Origin: Escherichia coli
GTDB lineage: Bacteria > Pseudomonadota > Gammaproteobacteria > Enterobacterales > Enterobacteriaceae
Length of the DNA stretch: 64,000 nt
Reading direction: 5' to 3' (one strand)
Assembly (NCBI RefSeq): GCF_041886205.1
Contig: NZ_CP169029.1
The stretch's first letter is position 1. Each line of letters starts with the position of its first letter. The notes under the pieces are model-generated. The model searched no databases. It was not told the origin of the DNA and was given only the letters and a program-made list of their open reading frames with translations. Of the stretch, positions 14,631 through 24,870 are shown piece by piece. A program made the position numbers and the translations under genes.

Positions 14631-14709
14631 GATAAAATCCTCACAGAAAATCGGTTAAGAATGGTCCGGTGGTGGCGATAATTCTGCTCATCTGAATACC
14701 CTTCCAGAC

Positions 14710-14931
14710 TCAGTTCAGAGTGACGCTCATCAGCCGGACATACGGGCCAAAACTGTCCTTACGACGTTCAGCAAACACGGCCAGCACACCGGGAATATCC
14801 TGCACTTCACGACCGGTATACGCTTCAGTGCTGCCGTGCCAGCGGTATTTGCCGGTACAGAACGGGAAAAGACGGGATGTCGGATGTTGTTGGTGAATAC
14901 GCATGGCTTCACCACGAGTGATAACTTTCAT
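14710..14931 (-). CDS. YeeT-like small protein (DUF987)
   Basis: 73-aa ORF in conserved position upstream of the cbeA/cbtA pair. Confidence 0.65.
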   Translation of the reverse strand: MKVITRGEAMRIHQQHPTSRLFPFCTGKYRWHGSTEAYTGREVQDIPGVLAVFAERRKDSFGPYVRLMSVTLN

Positions 14932-14993
14932 AATGGGATACCTCTGAAGACAGAAGATAAAAGAGAAAACAGGTGTGATGTGGTTGTGACGGG

Positions 14994-15485
14994 TTAAAGC
15001 AGACCATGTTCGGCAAAGGAGAAAACCTGGTTGCCACCGACTATCAGATGGTCCGGCACCCGGATATCCACCAGGCCCAGTGCCTGTACCAGACGTTCGG
15101 TGATAAGCCGGTCTGCCTTACTGGGTGTGACTTCACCGGACGGGTGATTGTGCGCCAGCACCACGGCAGCGGCATTGTGGTACAGGGCGCGTTTAATCAC
15201 TTCCCGGGGATGGACTTCCGTGCGGTTGATGGTGCCGGTGAAGAGGGTTTCACCGGCAATCAGCTGATTCTGGTTATTCAGATACAGCACCCGGAACTCT
15301 TCACGCTCCAGTCCCGCCATGTTCAGAATCAGCCATTCCCGTGCCGCACGGGTGGAGGTGAAGGCCACACCGGGTTCATGAAGATGGCGGTCCAGGGTTT
15401 TCAGGGCCCGCAGAATGAGACTGCGCTCACCGGGCGTCATCGCTCCGGGCAGAAAGGAAAGCTGTTGCATTGTGCTTCTCTCCAT
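14994..15485 (-). CDS. RadC-like JAB-domain protein (YeeS/YfjY/YkfG family)
   Basis: 163-aa ORF with JAMM-like motif VVLAHNHPSGEVTPSKAD. Confidence 0.8.
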   Translation of the reverse strand: MERSTMQQLSFLPGAMTPGERSLILRALKTLDRHLHEPGVAFTSTRAAREWLILNMAGLEREEFRVLYLNNQNQLIAGETLFTGTINRTEVHPREVIKRALYHNAAAVVLAHNHPSGEVTPSKADRLITERLVQALGLVDIRVPDHLIVGGNQVFSFAEHGLL

Positions 15486-15971
15486 TCAGTCGATGATGCG
15501 CATAATGGCGCTGCATTCCGGATGCTGCAGGGCGTAATCCCGCAACCGGTAATAATGGACCGTCATGGCATAACACTCCGTACGACAGGCGTGATGACTG
15601 TACGTCATCAGACAGGCAGCAATGCCGGCGGCTTCCGGGCTCATTTCAGCGCGGTTGCCGTTCATGGCATTGAACAGTACCCATGTTTCGTCATCATCGT
15701 CATCCGGTTCGGGGGCCATAAATGCCCCGCCGTTGTTCAGAGTGTACAGATTCCAGATACCACCGCAGTAGTCTTCGCACAGACGGTCCATCCAGCCGAA
15801 AACACGGGGCTCCAGGGTCACCCACTGTGGAATGAGGCCAAAATGCTGCGGCCAGAAGCTGATGCGCTGTTCATCAGGGACTATGGTGGCAACCAACTGA
15901 GGCTGGTCATTCCCTGATGCAGCGGTTACGGAAACAGAAGATGTGGTGGAATTATGTGAAATGGTTTTCAT
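15486..15971 (-). CDS. Antirestriction protein (KlcA/ArdB-like, YfjX family)
   Basis: 161-aa ORF abutting the radC-like gene; acidic stretch PEPDDDDDETWVLFNAMNG; typical CP4-type module order. Confidence 0.7.
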   Translation of the reverse strand: MKTISHNSTTSSVSVTAASGNDQPQLVATIVPDEQRISFWPQHFGLIPQWVTLEPRVFGWMDRLCEDYCGGIWNLYTLNNGGAFMAPEPDDDDDETWVLFNAMNGNRAEMSPEAAGIAACLMTYSHHACRTECYAMTVHYYRLRDYALQHPECSAIMRIID

Positions 15972-16025
15972 GAAATGACTCCTTAAAGGACAAATAAATG
16001 CGTGGTTTTCAGGGTAATGGCTGAA

Positions 16026-16844
16026 TCAGCGCAGGCTCTCCAGCAGCGTTTCCGCCATCACCCACAATGCGCGGTTGAGCTTAATGTCAGTGTCAATGCT
16101 GTGAATGGCACGGGTATGGATACGTTTTCCTTTAGCGCTGCGACCTGAAATTCCGCCTTTCAGCATATTCTCCTGAATGGTCTGATAAGCACTCCACAGG
16201 TCCTTACCGTAATCCTCCCGGCGTCGTGGCGTCAGAATGTCGGCGGTGGTGACGGGCTGATGTTCGTCACCATAACGGTAAGTCAGTGCCGCCTGTGCCA
16301 GCGCCTGGCGTGCCGGTGGCGGCAGAATCAGCGACTGCATGGCATCACGCTTTTCCTCAATCCGGTCAAACACGCCCACCACCTCGTAAGCCCCTTCAAT
16401 GACTCTGTCCACCACATTTCCCCGGTGCGGAACACGCACTTCCCCCAGAGACTGACCACAGACGCATCCGTTCTGGCAGACGAACCTGAAGTAACCCGGC
16501 AGCATCTGGTAGCTGGAGGTACCGTCATGAGAGTTGAGCAGAATAATTTCAGGGACATGTTCTCCGTTTATCTCTCCGGCCCGCCGCAGACGCAGCATGT
16601 GTTTTGTGTATCCCCGGCGGCCCGGGTCGCGCACACGGGTCTGGCAGGCGAAGAATGGCTGAAAGCCTTCCCGCTGCAGGCTTTCCAGTACGGTGATGGT
16701 GGGGATGTACGTATAGTTCTGGCTTCGGGACGTGTGTTTATCTTCCCCGAAAATCCCCGGCACATAGTGCATCAGTTCTTCGTGTGTCAGCGGACGGTCA
16801 CGGCGTATCTGGTTCGCATAACCAAAACGACTGGCTAGTCGCAT
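16026..16844 (-). CDS. DUF932-family protein (YafZ/YfjQ-like)
   Basis: 272-aa ORF in the conserved island module. Confidence 0.6.
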   Translation of the reverse strand: MRLASRFGYANQIRRDRPLTHEELMHYVPGIFGEDKHTSRSQNYTYIPTITVLESLQREGFQPFFACQTRVRDPGRRGYTKHMLRLRRAGEINGEHVPEIILLNSHDGTSSYQMLPGYFRFVCQNGCVCGQSLGEVRVPHRGNVVDRVIEGAYEVVGVFDRIEEKRDAMQSLILPPPARQALAQAALTYRYGDEHQPVTTADILTPRRREDYGKDLWSAYQTIQENMLKGGISGRSAKGKRIHTRAIHSIDTDIKLNRALWVMAETLLESLR

Positions 16845-16943
16845 AATTTGCTCCTTATCGGTGGTTAAGATTTACTGGTGTAATAAATGAAAAAGCCACG
16901 TCTCCCGGAGAAGACGCGGCCTGATGGGTGAAATGAATGACGT

Positions 16944-17177
16944 TTATTGTCTGAGAAGACCGTCACTGGCGAGCCGCGTATTAAGCACCTTTCCGGCATC
17001 GGGTTCAGAATTCCGGCAGCGCCAGCGTCGCTGACCTTCCGCGTTGCGGATAACCCGACGGAAATGCATTCCCGGGTCATCCTGGATAAACACATTGCGG
17101 TAAGCGGTTATGACAGCAACCGCCTGCCCGTATGAGAAAGATCCTTCAGCCAGGACATACTCTGTGTAACCCGGCAT
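16944..17177 (-). CDS. Small DUF905-like protein (YkfF-like)
   Basis: 77-aa [37 protein letters not shown]...; size and context only. Confidence 0.4.
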   Translation of the reverse strand: MPGYTEYVLAEGSFSYGQAVAVITAYRNVFIQDDPGMHFRRVIRNAEGQRRWRCRNSEPDAGKVLNTRLASDGLLRQ

Positions 17178-17255
17178 ATCTGTTTTCTCCTGATAAATAA
17201 AAAGCCTCTGCCACGCGTTGTGACAGAGGCTGAAGCATGAAACTGACTTCAGGGA

Positions 17256-17711
17256 TCAGTTAACGTTTTTTCCGGAAACGGTAATCAGCAGTGGATGGTA
17301 GTCCTGGGGATTGAAAACCGATAACGGCAGACTGACACGATGGCCGTTACTTTCTTCAGTTGCTTTAATGATTTCGGTTGTGGCGACATTTTCCACGCAC
17401 TCCGTTTCCAGAAATGCGTCTGTGGTTCGCGTGGCATTACTGTCACCAAAAGCTTCCGTTTCCATTTTTCTGGTCACCAGCGTCTGACCATATTTGTCTT
17501 TGAGTTGCAGAGTGATGGTGAGGGGGCCAAATCCTTCATCGTTTCCGCCATTATCCAGCCGGAACTGGTAAGCACAAATATTTCCCGGGAGCCATATCGT
17601 ATCTGTATTGCGTATACTGATGTAACGTTGATCCTGTGCCCGGAGTGGGGCAGACCACGTTAACCCCAGAATGAAGGCGGTAATCATGCAGGTTTTGAAC
17701 AGGTGAATCAT
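17256..17711 (-). CDS. Hypothetical secreted protein
   Basis: 151-aa ORF with N-terminal signal peptide (MIHLFKTCMITAFILGLTWSAPLRA). Confidence 0.4.
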   Translation of the reverse strand: MIHLFKTCMITAFILGLTWSAPLRAQDQRYISIRNTDTIWLPGNICAYQFRLDNGGNDEGFGPLTITLQLKDKYGQTLVTRKMETEAFGDSNATRTTDAFLETECVENVATTEIIKATEESNGHRVSLPLSVFNPQDYHPLLITVSGKNVN

Positions 17712-17786
17712 GGTATTTACCTCTCTGAGTCATGACGATGACACTGACAAATCAGGTGATAAAGCGTAAAAGGCGCAGAATAGCCG

Positions 17787-19508
17787 TTATGCCGGTAACT
17801 CCGGGGGTAATGCTTCTTCCAGTCGGTTAACCATATTGCCGAGATGGGATGCATCATATTCCATGACGGGGCGTTGCCTGATGATACTGACCACCAGTGG
17901 TTTGATTAACATATTGGTCGCGGCCCGTTGTTGTATACCGGCGGCGAAAATGATCTCCAGAGCATTCTGATCGATAACACGGGCCAGATTCTCGTTCAGA
18001 TTTTCAATCTCATGTCCGGTCAGCAGGAAACTGCCGGCAAGCCATGTCACCTGCTCCTGAATCATTGCCAGAATTTTGACGCGATCTTCTTCAACCAGCG
18101 CTCCGGCAATTTTTCCTGATACAGCGGAGGCAATCATTCCCCCCAGAACACCGCCAACCACACGCCCTGTCAGTGCACCAAATGGTCCCAGTGGACTGAA
18201 CAGTATCCCGCCCGCCACTGACCCGACAGCTCCACCTGCCACACCGGAAGATGCCACGGCAAGATTCCTGATGAACTGCGCACCGGAGATCCGTCCCCGC
18301 AACATTTTGATCATGTCAGGGCCGGTTGTGACAGCTACCAGTGCCAGAGATGTCACCAGCGTACCCTTCATTACTTTGTTCAGGGCACTGATATTTCCTG
18401 CACCGGTCCCCTTCTGAAGAGCCAGTCGGACAGTCGGGCTGGCAGTCGAAAAATCAATGTGCTTCAGCATACCCTGAACAACACTGAGCCGGTGGAGTTG
18501 CTGGGTTGTGACGTAGACAGCCAGTGTGCGGGTGAAGGTTTTTCCTGCTTGGACAGCAGCTGTCTGCAGGGCAGCATCGCGATCGCCGGTGCTGAGCCAG
18601 AAGACCGATGCCGTCAGGGCAAAACTGATCCCTCCGGCCGCCAGACTGACAACCGAACCCTCGGCAATATCATAAGTGACCGATTCGATGGTCCCGAACC
18701 GGGTGATATTACGGGCCTGAGTATAAGTCAGATGTCCCCGACGAATCAGCCGGGACGCTTCTGCGGGATCGGTTACACCGGGTACTTTACCTTCGCGGAT
18801 CTTATTCCTCATGGTTTCAACAGCGCCGGCATACTGATCACGGGGGACTTCCAGTTGCATGGGGCCATTATTTCCCATGTAACGATACTGTCCGTTTTGT
18901 CCGTCGAATGCCGCACCGACGCTACGGGCTGCAGTTGAACAATATTTCGTCTGGATTTCTGTTCCGCTGACCAGTCTGTCTGCTCCATTTCTGGCATTAT
19001 TATCACCGAGGATCCGTGCGTTTTTCAGACGGACTCTGTCGACAATATGGTTTCCCCGTTCAGCGGCAAACCCATGTCCCTGCCCTCCGGAAGCAAACAT
19101 TTTCTCATTTGTACTCCAGGTTTCCGGCAGTTTCATGAGAATCAGACCATTCGCCGTTGCATCGGAAATAAAGCTGTTGTAAGGGCGTTCATAAATTTCC
19201 TGACACAGTGTTTCTGTTTCGCGACAAAGAGAGGAGCAGTACCATTCCGGATCCGGCTTATGATTTTCCGGGGCATGATGTACTTCTGTCAGCCCGCAGG
19301 AGGCACAGATACGAAGCTCATCCACGTGATGGAATGATACAAAACGGCGACCTTCTGAAAAGGGATACCAGTCACCGCCGTCCAGGCAACGATCGAGAAA
19401 ATCGTCATTCGCTTCCGGTGATAAATTCAGGCGGTTCCGGAAGAGCGTTTTCAGTTCATCAGGTGTGAATGACAGGTTCTCTTTCAACTGTTCGTTAAAC
19501 CCTGCCAT
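17787..19508 (-). CDS. YeeR-like inner membrane protein
   Basis: 573-aa ORF with Cys-rich N-terminal segment and Gly/Ala-rich hydrophobic segments; position downstream of flu as yeeR in CP4-44. Confidence 0.5.
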   Translation of the reverse strand: MAGFNEQLKENLSFTPDELKTLFRNRLNLSPEANDDFLDRCLDGGDWYPFSEGRRFVSFHHVDELRICASCGLTEVHHAPENHKPDPEWYCSSLCRETETLCQEIYERPYNSFISDATANGLILMKLPETWSTNEKMFASGGQGHGFAAERGNHIVDRVRLKNARILGDNNARNGADRLVSGTEIQTKYCSTAARSVGAAFDGQNGQYRYMGNNGPMQLEVPRDQYAGAVETMRNKIREGKVPGVTDPAEASRLIRRGHLTYTQARNITRFGTIESVTYDIAEGSVVSLAAGGISFALTASVFWLSTGDRDAALQTAAVQAGKTFTRTLAVYVTTQQLHRLSVVQGMLKHIDFSTASPTVRLALQKGTGAGNISALNKVMKGTLVTSLALVAVTTGPDMIKMLRGRISGAQFIRNLAVASSGVAGGAVGSVAGGILFSPLGPFGALTGRVVGGVLGGMIASAVSGKIAGALVEEDRVKILAMIQEQVTWLAGSFLLTGHEIENLNENLARVIDQNALEIIFAAGIQQRAATNMLIKPLVVSIIRQRPVMEYDASHLGNMVNRLEEALPPELPA

Positions 19509-19520
19509 GTTTCTTTCATA

Positions 19521-20309
19521 CTAGGCATTGTTCAGTAACCAGTTTCCGTCTGCCAGTTCAAATTCCCTCAGCTCTCCCCGGGAAATCCGTTGAGAAATGA
19601 GCGTCAGCCAGATGCGCTCCGTCAGTGAGTCAGGAAGGCTGTAATCGTTTTGCAAACTGGTCAGCCACGATTTACTGTTGAGCACCGGTTGTTCTTCCAG
19701 TGTCTGGCTGATGGCACAGGTCAGTTTTTTCAGCGCCTGGATCTGGCTGGCTGCCCATAGCAGCGTCACTAATGCAGCCAGCCAGTACAACAACCCGCCC
19801 CACCACATCAGTGACGGTGAAATATCGTACTGTAACGCGATCAATGGTGCGCATGCAGAACACGCCATAAGGAAAAAGGCAGTATAAAAACAGCAGTAAT
19901 ACCCGTTAATTTCCTTGCTGATATCTTCTGGTGTGATCCCGTTCTGCTGAATGTTTTTGATCTGCAGGGGAACAGCCAGCAGACCACCGGCGAGAGCGGT
20001 GGTCAGAATAAATTTCACAGAGTCAAAGGTGTGAGCCTCCAGCGCGATATGTTTACCATCAAGTCCCCACATGAAGCTGATGATCATTCCGGCAATCGTC
20101 AGAAATACGCCTGCCAGCCAGCGAACATGGAACAACCGGGTTATGCGTTCGGTGATATAGCCAGCCAGTAAGGCCGGGCCGAACAGACACAGCAATATGA
20201 GCCCTGCCAGCGCAGAAGCCGTGCTGATTAATGCTCTGAACAAAAGGCGAAGAATGGCAAATCCTGCGATCAGCAGGATCAGCGCGCCGACTATCTGTAA
20301 CATAGTCAC
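19521..20309 (-). CDS. Hypothetical polytopic inner membrane protein
   Basis: 262-aa ORF with several hydrophobic helices; immediately downstream of flu. Confidence 0.45.
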   Translation of the reverse strand: MTMLQIVGALILLIAGFAILRLLFRALISTASALAGLILLCLFGPALLAGYITERITRLFHVRWLAGVFLTIAGMIISFMWGLDGKHIALEAHTFDSVKFILTTALAGGLLAVPLQIKNIQQNGITPEDISKEINGYYCCFYTAFFLMACSACAPLIALQYDISPSLMWWGGLLYWLAALVTLLWAASQIQALKKLTCAISQTLEEQPVLNSKSWLTSLQNDYSLPDSLTERIWLTLISQRISRGELREFELADGNWLLNNA

Positions 20310-20423
20310 TCCGTGATGAATATCATGTTATTGTTAATGCCAGCGAATGTGGCGTTGAAGATCCGTTGCGCCGGTCCGGGTCCCGGTCATGATGACCGGG
20401 ACCACAGAGAGGCGATGGTTCTG

Positions 20424-23270
20424 TCAGAAGGTCACATTCAGTGTGGCCTGACCGTTATACCCTTCAGCGCTGCTGCCGCTGACGCTGTGGGCATAACCGG
20501 CCTGAACGCCCAGGGTGATATTTTCCCGGACACGGGCTTCCAGTCCGGCCTGCAGGTCCAGTGATGTGCCATTCTGTGAGGGAGAGAACGTCATCCCGCT
20601 GCCTGCAGTGGAAGTCCCCACACGCATATCTCCCCGGGAGCTGAAGGTGCGGATAACAGAAGGCTGTACCCACCAGTTCACCGGTAATTCACTCACACTG
20701 TGTTTTGCACTGTCACGCAGGGGGGCACGGGATGAGGTGCCTTCGCCAAAGGTCATATCGTTGTGGCTGCCCAGACGGAAACCGGCACGCACATGTTGTG
20801 CACTGCCATGCCCGAACTTCACATAACCGGCGTTGTCCTTACCGTCATCCAGGGAAAGTCCCTGCCAGGTATACTGTAGTTGTGGCTCCAGCATCAGGTT
20901 GTCAGTGATACTGAAGGGCAGACCGGTTTCCAGTGAACCCAGCCAGCCCCAACCCCGGGCGCGGAAGTCGTTATTGTCCGTTGACGCTTTCATGCTGTGG
21001 CGGGTTCCCAGGGCCACAATGTCAGCCCACAGTCCGGAGGCGTTGTGTATCAGATTCAGGTATCCGCCCAGGCTGCCGGCATCATCCCGGACCGTGCCGG
21101 CGCGGGAGCCGTCATCATCCTTAACATCAACGGAAGAATGGCCTGCAGCACCATACACCCCTGTCGTCAGAGACATACCGGCAACCTCTGTTCTGAGCAG
21201 GTCACCCTCCAGACGGACGAAGCCATAGCTGCCGCTGCTTTCCGGCGTGGCTCCACGGGCAATACCGCCGTTGTTATCGTGACCGAGATGACCGCCCTGA
21301 ATGCTGAGACGGACGCTGTTATTTTCACCGTTTACACCGGTCTGATGGCTGCGGGAGCCTGCCAGAATCCGGTCATAGTCCATTGCCTGTGTCAGCATGG
21401 ATGTATACAGGGGGACTTCAGCACGATAAGCATTTTCACTGCGCAGGTACCAGTCTTCATCGCTGTCACGGTTCAGGGTGTAGTTAAAGGCGCCGGCCTG
21501 AAGCGGGCGACTCAGGGCAAACGCACCTTCTTCTGTGGTGGCGCCATTCTGTGCATCCACAACCCGGATACCCTGTCCGGAGGTTGCCACCCCGAGGTTA
21601 CTGTTTCCGACATTTGTAAACGCAAGCCAGGTTTTGCCGGTTGCCTGACCACCATTAATCACCAGCTGGTCAGAGGTATTGCTGCCATCAAGGCGAACAC
21701 GCATATTGATGGTGCCACCCTGACCGGTGAGGTTACTGGTGGTCAGTTTATGGAACGTTACCGGGGAGTCGCCTTTTGCAACAGCACGGCTCAGCGCGGC
21801 ATCCGGTGTCGTCTGATTATCAAAGCGAATCTCCCCTGCGTTAACAATATCGCCGGTACTGACCACATCACCATTCAGTACCATGCTGGCACCTTTACTG
21901 AGCTGTGTTCTGCCACTCAGATTTCCCCCGGCAGCCAGCGTCAGTGTTCCACGATGTCCGACAGTGGTGTTGCCAGCCTGTCCTCCGGCATTAACCGTAA
22001 AGCTGCCGCCATTTTCCAGCAGCAGGCCGCTGGCCTGACCGGAGATACCATCAATACTGAACTTACCGCTGGCATTGGTCCCCTCAACAGTGGCACCACT
22101 GTCTGCTATCAGGGCACCACCGGATGTCATGGTGACATCTGTTGCCTTACCACCGGCAGACACTGCCAGGATACCGCCGTCATCCACCAGGGTATTCTGT
22201 GCTGAATGGCTCTCCAGTACATCCAGACGACCGCCGGATTCCAGAACAACACCGTCAGCCTTACCGTTTTCCACAGTGAAATTGCCCAGACGGTTGCTGC
22301 CGGTGACGGTTGCCGCCGTACTGGTGACCAGTGCGCCTCCCTGCTTCAGGGTGACATTCGTGGCTGTACCACCGGCGTTCACCTGCAGTTTGCCTTTCTG
22401 GTTAACGGTGGTGAAATCCGCCAGACCACCTTCCTTGACAATCTGCCAGCCGTCACTGTTTACAACCGTGTCAGAGGCTGTGCCTCCGTTGTGCACATAC
22501 TGGTAACCGCCATTCAGTGTGGTATCCAGCGCATGCCCGTGTACCGTCTGGTCGCCGCCGGCATAAACCACAGTGGTATTTGCTGTTCCTTCAACAGCCA
22601 CAATCTGACGACCATTTTTATTGATGGTGGTACGTACGGCATTTCCGCGAACAAACTGCCCGGTATCACCATTTTCTGCATCTGGTCCCCCTTCCGCGCC
22701 GGTATTCACAACCGTGTCGGTTGCCATTGCGCCGGATTTGACGGCCTGCCAGCCCTTCTCATTAATGACGGTACCCGTTGCAATCCCGCCTTCATGTACC
22801 CACTGCTCACCGCCGTTCAGAGTGGTATTCACTGCCTGCCCCTGAAGGCTCTGTCCGCCTCCGGCACTGATAACCGTGTCTGAAACGCTTCCTCCGGCAT
22901 TCACTCTCTGAAGACCACCACCGGTGACAGTAGTGTTGTTGGCGATACCGCCATTTTGTATCCATTGCCCGCCGGTATTGGCCTCGTTATCCGGCCCATA
23001 CTCCAGACCGGTACTGATGGTCATTCCGTTGGCCGTACCGAGAACAATCTGGTTGTCATGATTTGTCAGTGTTCCGCCGCTCACGGTTTCTCCCGCCTGT
23101 ACAACCGTGTCAGCAGCCAGTGCCGGGACTGATGTGACAGCAGCAAGAGACAGCGCAATCGCCACACCGGCGCGTTTTCCCCGTGAGCGGGCCAGTTCGG
23201 AGGCCACCACCAGGGTACCCGTAATGTGATTCCATACCAGCCTGTAGCTGGTGTTCAGATGTCGTTTCAT
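20424..23270 (-). CDS. flu: Antigen 43 self-associating autotransporter adhesin
   Basis: Start taken at MKRHLNTSYRLVWNHITGTLVVASELARSRGKRAGVAIALSLAAVTSVPALA (extended autotransporter signal); passenger repeats and C-terminal beta-barrel ending ...NVTF; overlapping plus-strand ORFs rejected. Confidence 0.9.
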   Translation of the reverse strand: MKRHLNTSYRLVWNHITGTLVVASELARSRGKRAGVAIALSLAAVTSVPALAADTVVQAGETVSGGTLTNHDNQIVLGTANGMTISTGLEYGPDNEANTGGQWIQNGGIANNTTVTGGGLQRVNAGGSVSDTVISAGGGQSLQGQAVNTTLNGGEQWVHEGGIATGTVINEKGWQAVKSGAMATDTVVNTGAEGGPDAENGDTGQFVRGNAVRTTINKNGRQIVAVEGTANTTVVYAGGDQTVHGHALDTTLNGGYQYVHNGGTASDTVVNSDGWQIVKEGGLADFTTVNQKGKLQVNAGGTATNVTLKQGGALVTSTAATVTGSNRLGNFTVENGKADGVVLESGGRLDVLESHSAQNTLVDDGGILAVSAGGKATDVTMTSGGALIADSGATVEGTNASGKFSIDGISGQASGLLLENGGSFTVNAGGQAGNTTVGHRGTLTLAAGGNLSGRTQLSKGASMVLNGDVVSTGDIVNAGEIRFDNQTTPDAALSRAVAKGDSPVTFHKLTTSNLTGQGGTINMRVRLDGSNTSDQLVINGGQATGKTWLAFTNVGNSNLGVATSGQGIRVVDAQNGATTEEGAFALSRPLQAGAFNYTLNRDSDEDWYLRSENAYRAEVPLYTSMLTQAMDYDRILAGSRSHQTGVNGENNSVRLSIQGGHLGHDNNGGIARGATPESSGSYGFVRLEGDLLRTEVAGMSLTTGVYGAAGHSSVDVKDDDGSRAGTVRDDAGSLGGYLNLIHNASGLWADIVALGTRHSMKASTDNNDFRARGWGWLGSLETGLPFSITDNLMLEPQLQYTWQGLSLDDGKDNAGYVKFGHGSAQHVRAGFRLGSHNDMTFGEGTSSRAPLRDSAKHSVSELPVNWWVQPSVIRTFSSRGDMRVGTSTAGSGMTFSPSQNGTSLDLQAGLEARVRENITLGVQAGYAHSVSGSSAEGYNGQATLNVTF

Positions 23271-23479
23271 CAGCTTTTCCTTACAGAGGGTGAATAAAAA
23301 AGCCGGTACCCACAAATGTGGATACCGGCAGGTACAAAACAGCATGGTCAGATAAAGTGGTTTTTCCCGGGCATAAATGCTTCCCCTCTCTCATCCGCCA
23401 GAGAAGTATCAGTCCGTTGTGTGCAATTCCGTTCTGCATGATGAAGAGATTCAGCTGCCTTTTCGCAGACCATTAACCA

Positions 23480-23530
23480 CTATAAACGATCGATAGTAAC
23501 GATCAATACCTGTTTTATCGATCGTTTTAT
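23480..23530 (-). promoter_or_regulatory. flu phase-variation switch (three GATC sites; expected Dam/OxyR target)
   Basis: GATC at 23488, 23501 and 23520 in ...AACGATCGATAGTAACGATCAATACCTGTTTTATCGATCGTTTTATTC..., about 220-250 bp upstream of the flu start. Confidence 0.6.
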
Positions 23531-23642
23531 TCTATTAATAACAAGGCGGCCACGCAAGAGAAACAGGAGGGGTATGAGGTGTTTGTGTCATGTTTTCAGT
23601 TGGTTAACGCAATGTAATCAGGCATTTCCCCTGGCAGAGTGT

Positions 23643-24554
23643 TCAGAAGAAAATCCAGTTCCATACAGCGCGGGCAACAGAGACCACCGTGTCACGGACG
23701 GCACGCAGAACCGTACGGGCAACAGAGGCAACACAGACGCTCTCCGCCGTGTCAAATATCCGGTCCACCGCACCGGTAAACTGTTCACGGGCCTGAGCGC
23801 GGACAGATTCCGTGCGCAGCTCGTCCTGCAGGCGGGTCATCAGGGGACTGGCGGCATGGTCGGGAAGCGCTGTCATTAGCGCACTGACCAGCGTATCCAG
23901 CTCCCAGCCGGTGCGGGCCGATACGGCAACAACCGGATGTACGGGCCGGAACAGACGGAATACCGCATCTGTTTTTTCGCGAATGTTCTGTGCCTGTGCG
24001 GGAGAAGGCTGAATGCCGGCCATATCCCATTCATGGCAGGGCTCCGTTTTGTCGGCCTGCGTCACCACAAACAGCACCTGCTGATGTCCCCGGTGCAGGA
24101 TGTGTCGCCAGAAATACTCATCCACAGACAGGGCACGGTCATCGGCTTTAATCAGCCACAGTACCAGGTCAAGTTCAGGCAGAATGTCACGGTACAGGGC
24201 CTCATACTCTGCATCCCTGTCCCGGCTCTCGCCCACCCCGGGCAGGTCAGTGATAACCATGCTGTGACCGTGGCCACTCAGACGGAAGCGCCGTACTTCC
24301 CGGGTGCCGGCGTGAACATCACTGACCGGGGTGACCTCCCCCTGAAACAGTGCATTACAGAGTGAGGATTTACCGGCCCCGCTTTTACCCATAATGCCAA
24401 TCACGGGTTCGTGACGGGTGAGTTTGCGCAGATGTTCCAGGATGTGACGGGAAAGTGAGTAAGGCAGGGAGGAGAGCGGTTTTTCAATTGCCTCAATGGC
24501 ATCAGACGGATTCATACATGTATTCCCGGTGAAAAAAGACAAAACCCCGCGCAC
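23643..24554 (-). CDS. YeeP/YkfA/YfjP-family GTP-binding protein
   Basis: 303-aa ORF with P-loop GIMGKSGAGKSSLCNALF and DLPG motif. Confidence 0.75.
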   Translation of the reverse strand: MRGVLSFFTGNTCMNPSDAIEAIEKPLSSLPYSLSRHILEHLRKLTRHEPVIGIMGKSGAGKSSLCNALFQGEVTPVSDVHAGTREVRRFRLSGHGHSMVITDLPGVGESRDRDAEYEALYRDILPELDLVLWLIKADDRALSVDEYFWRHILHRGHQQVLFVVTQADKTEPCHEWDMAGIQPSPAQAQNIREKTDAVFRLFRPVHPVVAVSARTGWELDTLVSALMTALPDHAASPLMTRLQDELRTESVRAQAREQFTGAVDRIFDTAESVCVASVARTVLRAVRDTVVSVARAVWNWIFF

Positions 24555-24870
24555 CGGAAAGGTGGCGGGGGATTCACAACGATAATATCTGTCTGAAATT
24601 ATTTGGAATGCAGGTATATGCAGCTAATTTGTATCGGCTCATTAGTACAGAACTAAACCTCATCTGACAGTCCGCTCTATGTCATAAGCGGTCCTTATAT
24701 ACACTAAGGTAGAATTGTCTTCTGGGGCGGGGTTGTCCAAATAAAATCCTAAAGTATCTAATTTATACGTAGTGATTCAGTATCATGTGCTACGTGTTGA
24801 ATTATAAATTTAGTTTAAATTGGTTGTTTAGATATCTGCATGATAACTATCAGACCATTGTGGAGTATTT

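Noticed and set aside
15006-15917. 303-aa plus-strand ORF overlapping the RadC-like and antirestriction genes
   Set aside because: Antisense to two recognisable minus-strand genes; translation is low-complexity and Gly/His-rich; treated as a shadow ORF.
20464-23004. Many plus-strand ORFs (up to 402 aa at 20997-22205) overlapping the flu gene
   Set aside because: They are antisense to a clearly recognisable antigen 43 reading frame in GC-rich repetitive coding DNA; Pro/Ala/Thr/Cys-rich translations without start context are typical shadow ORFs.
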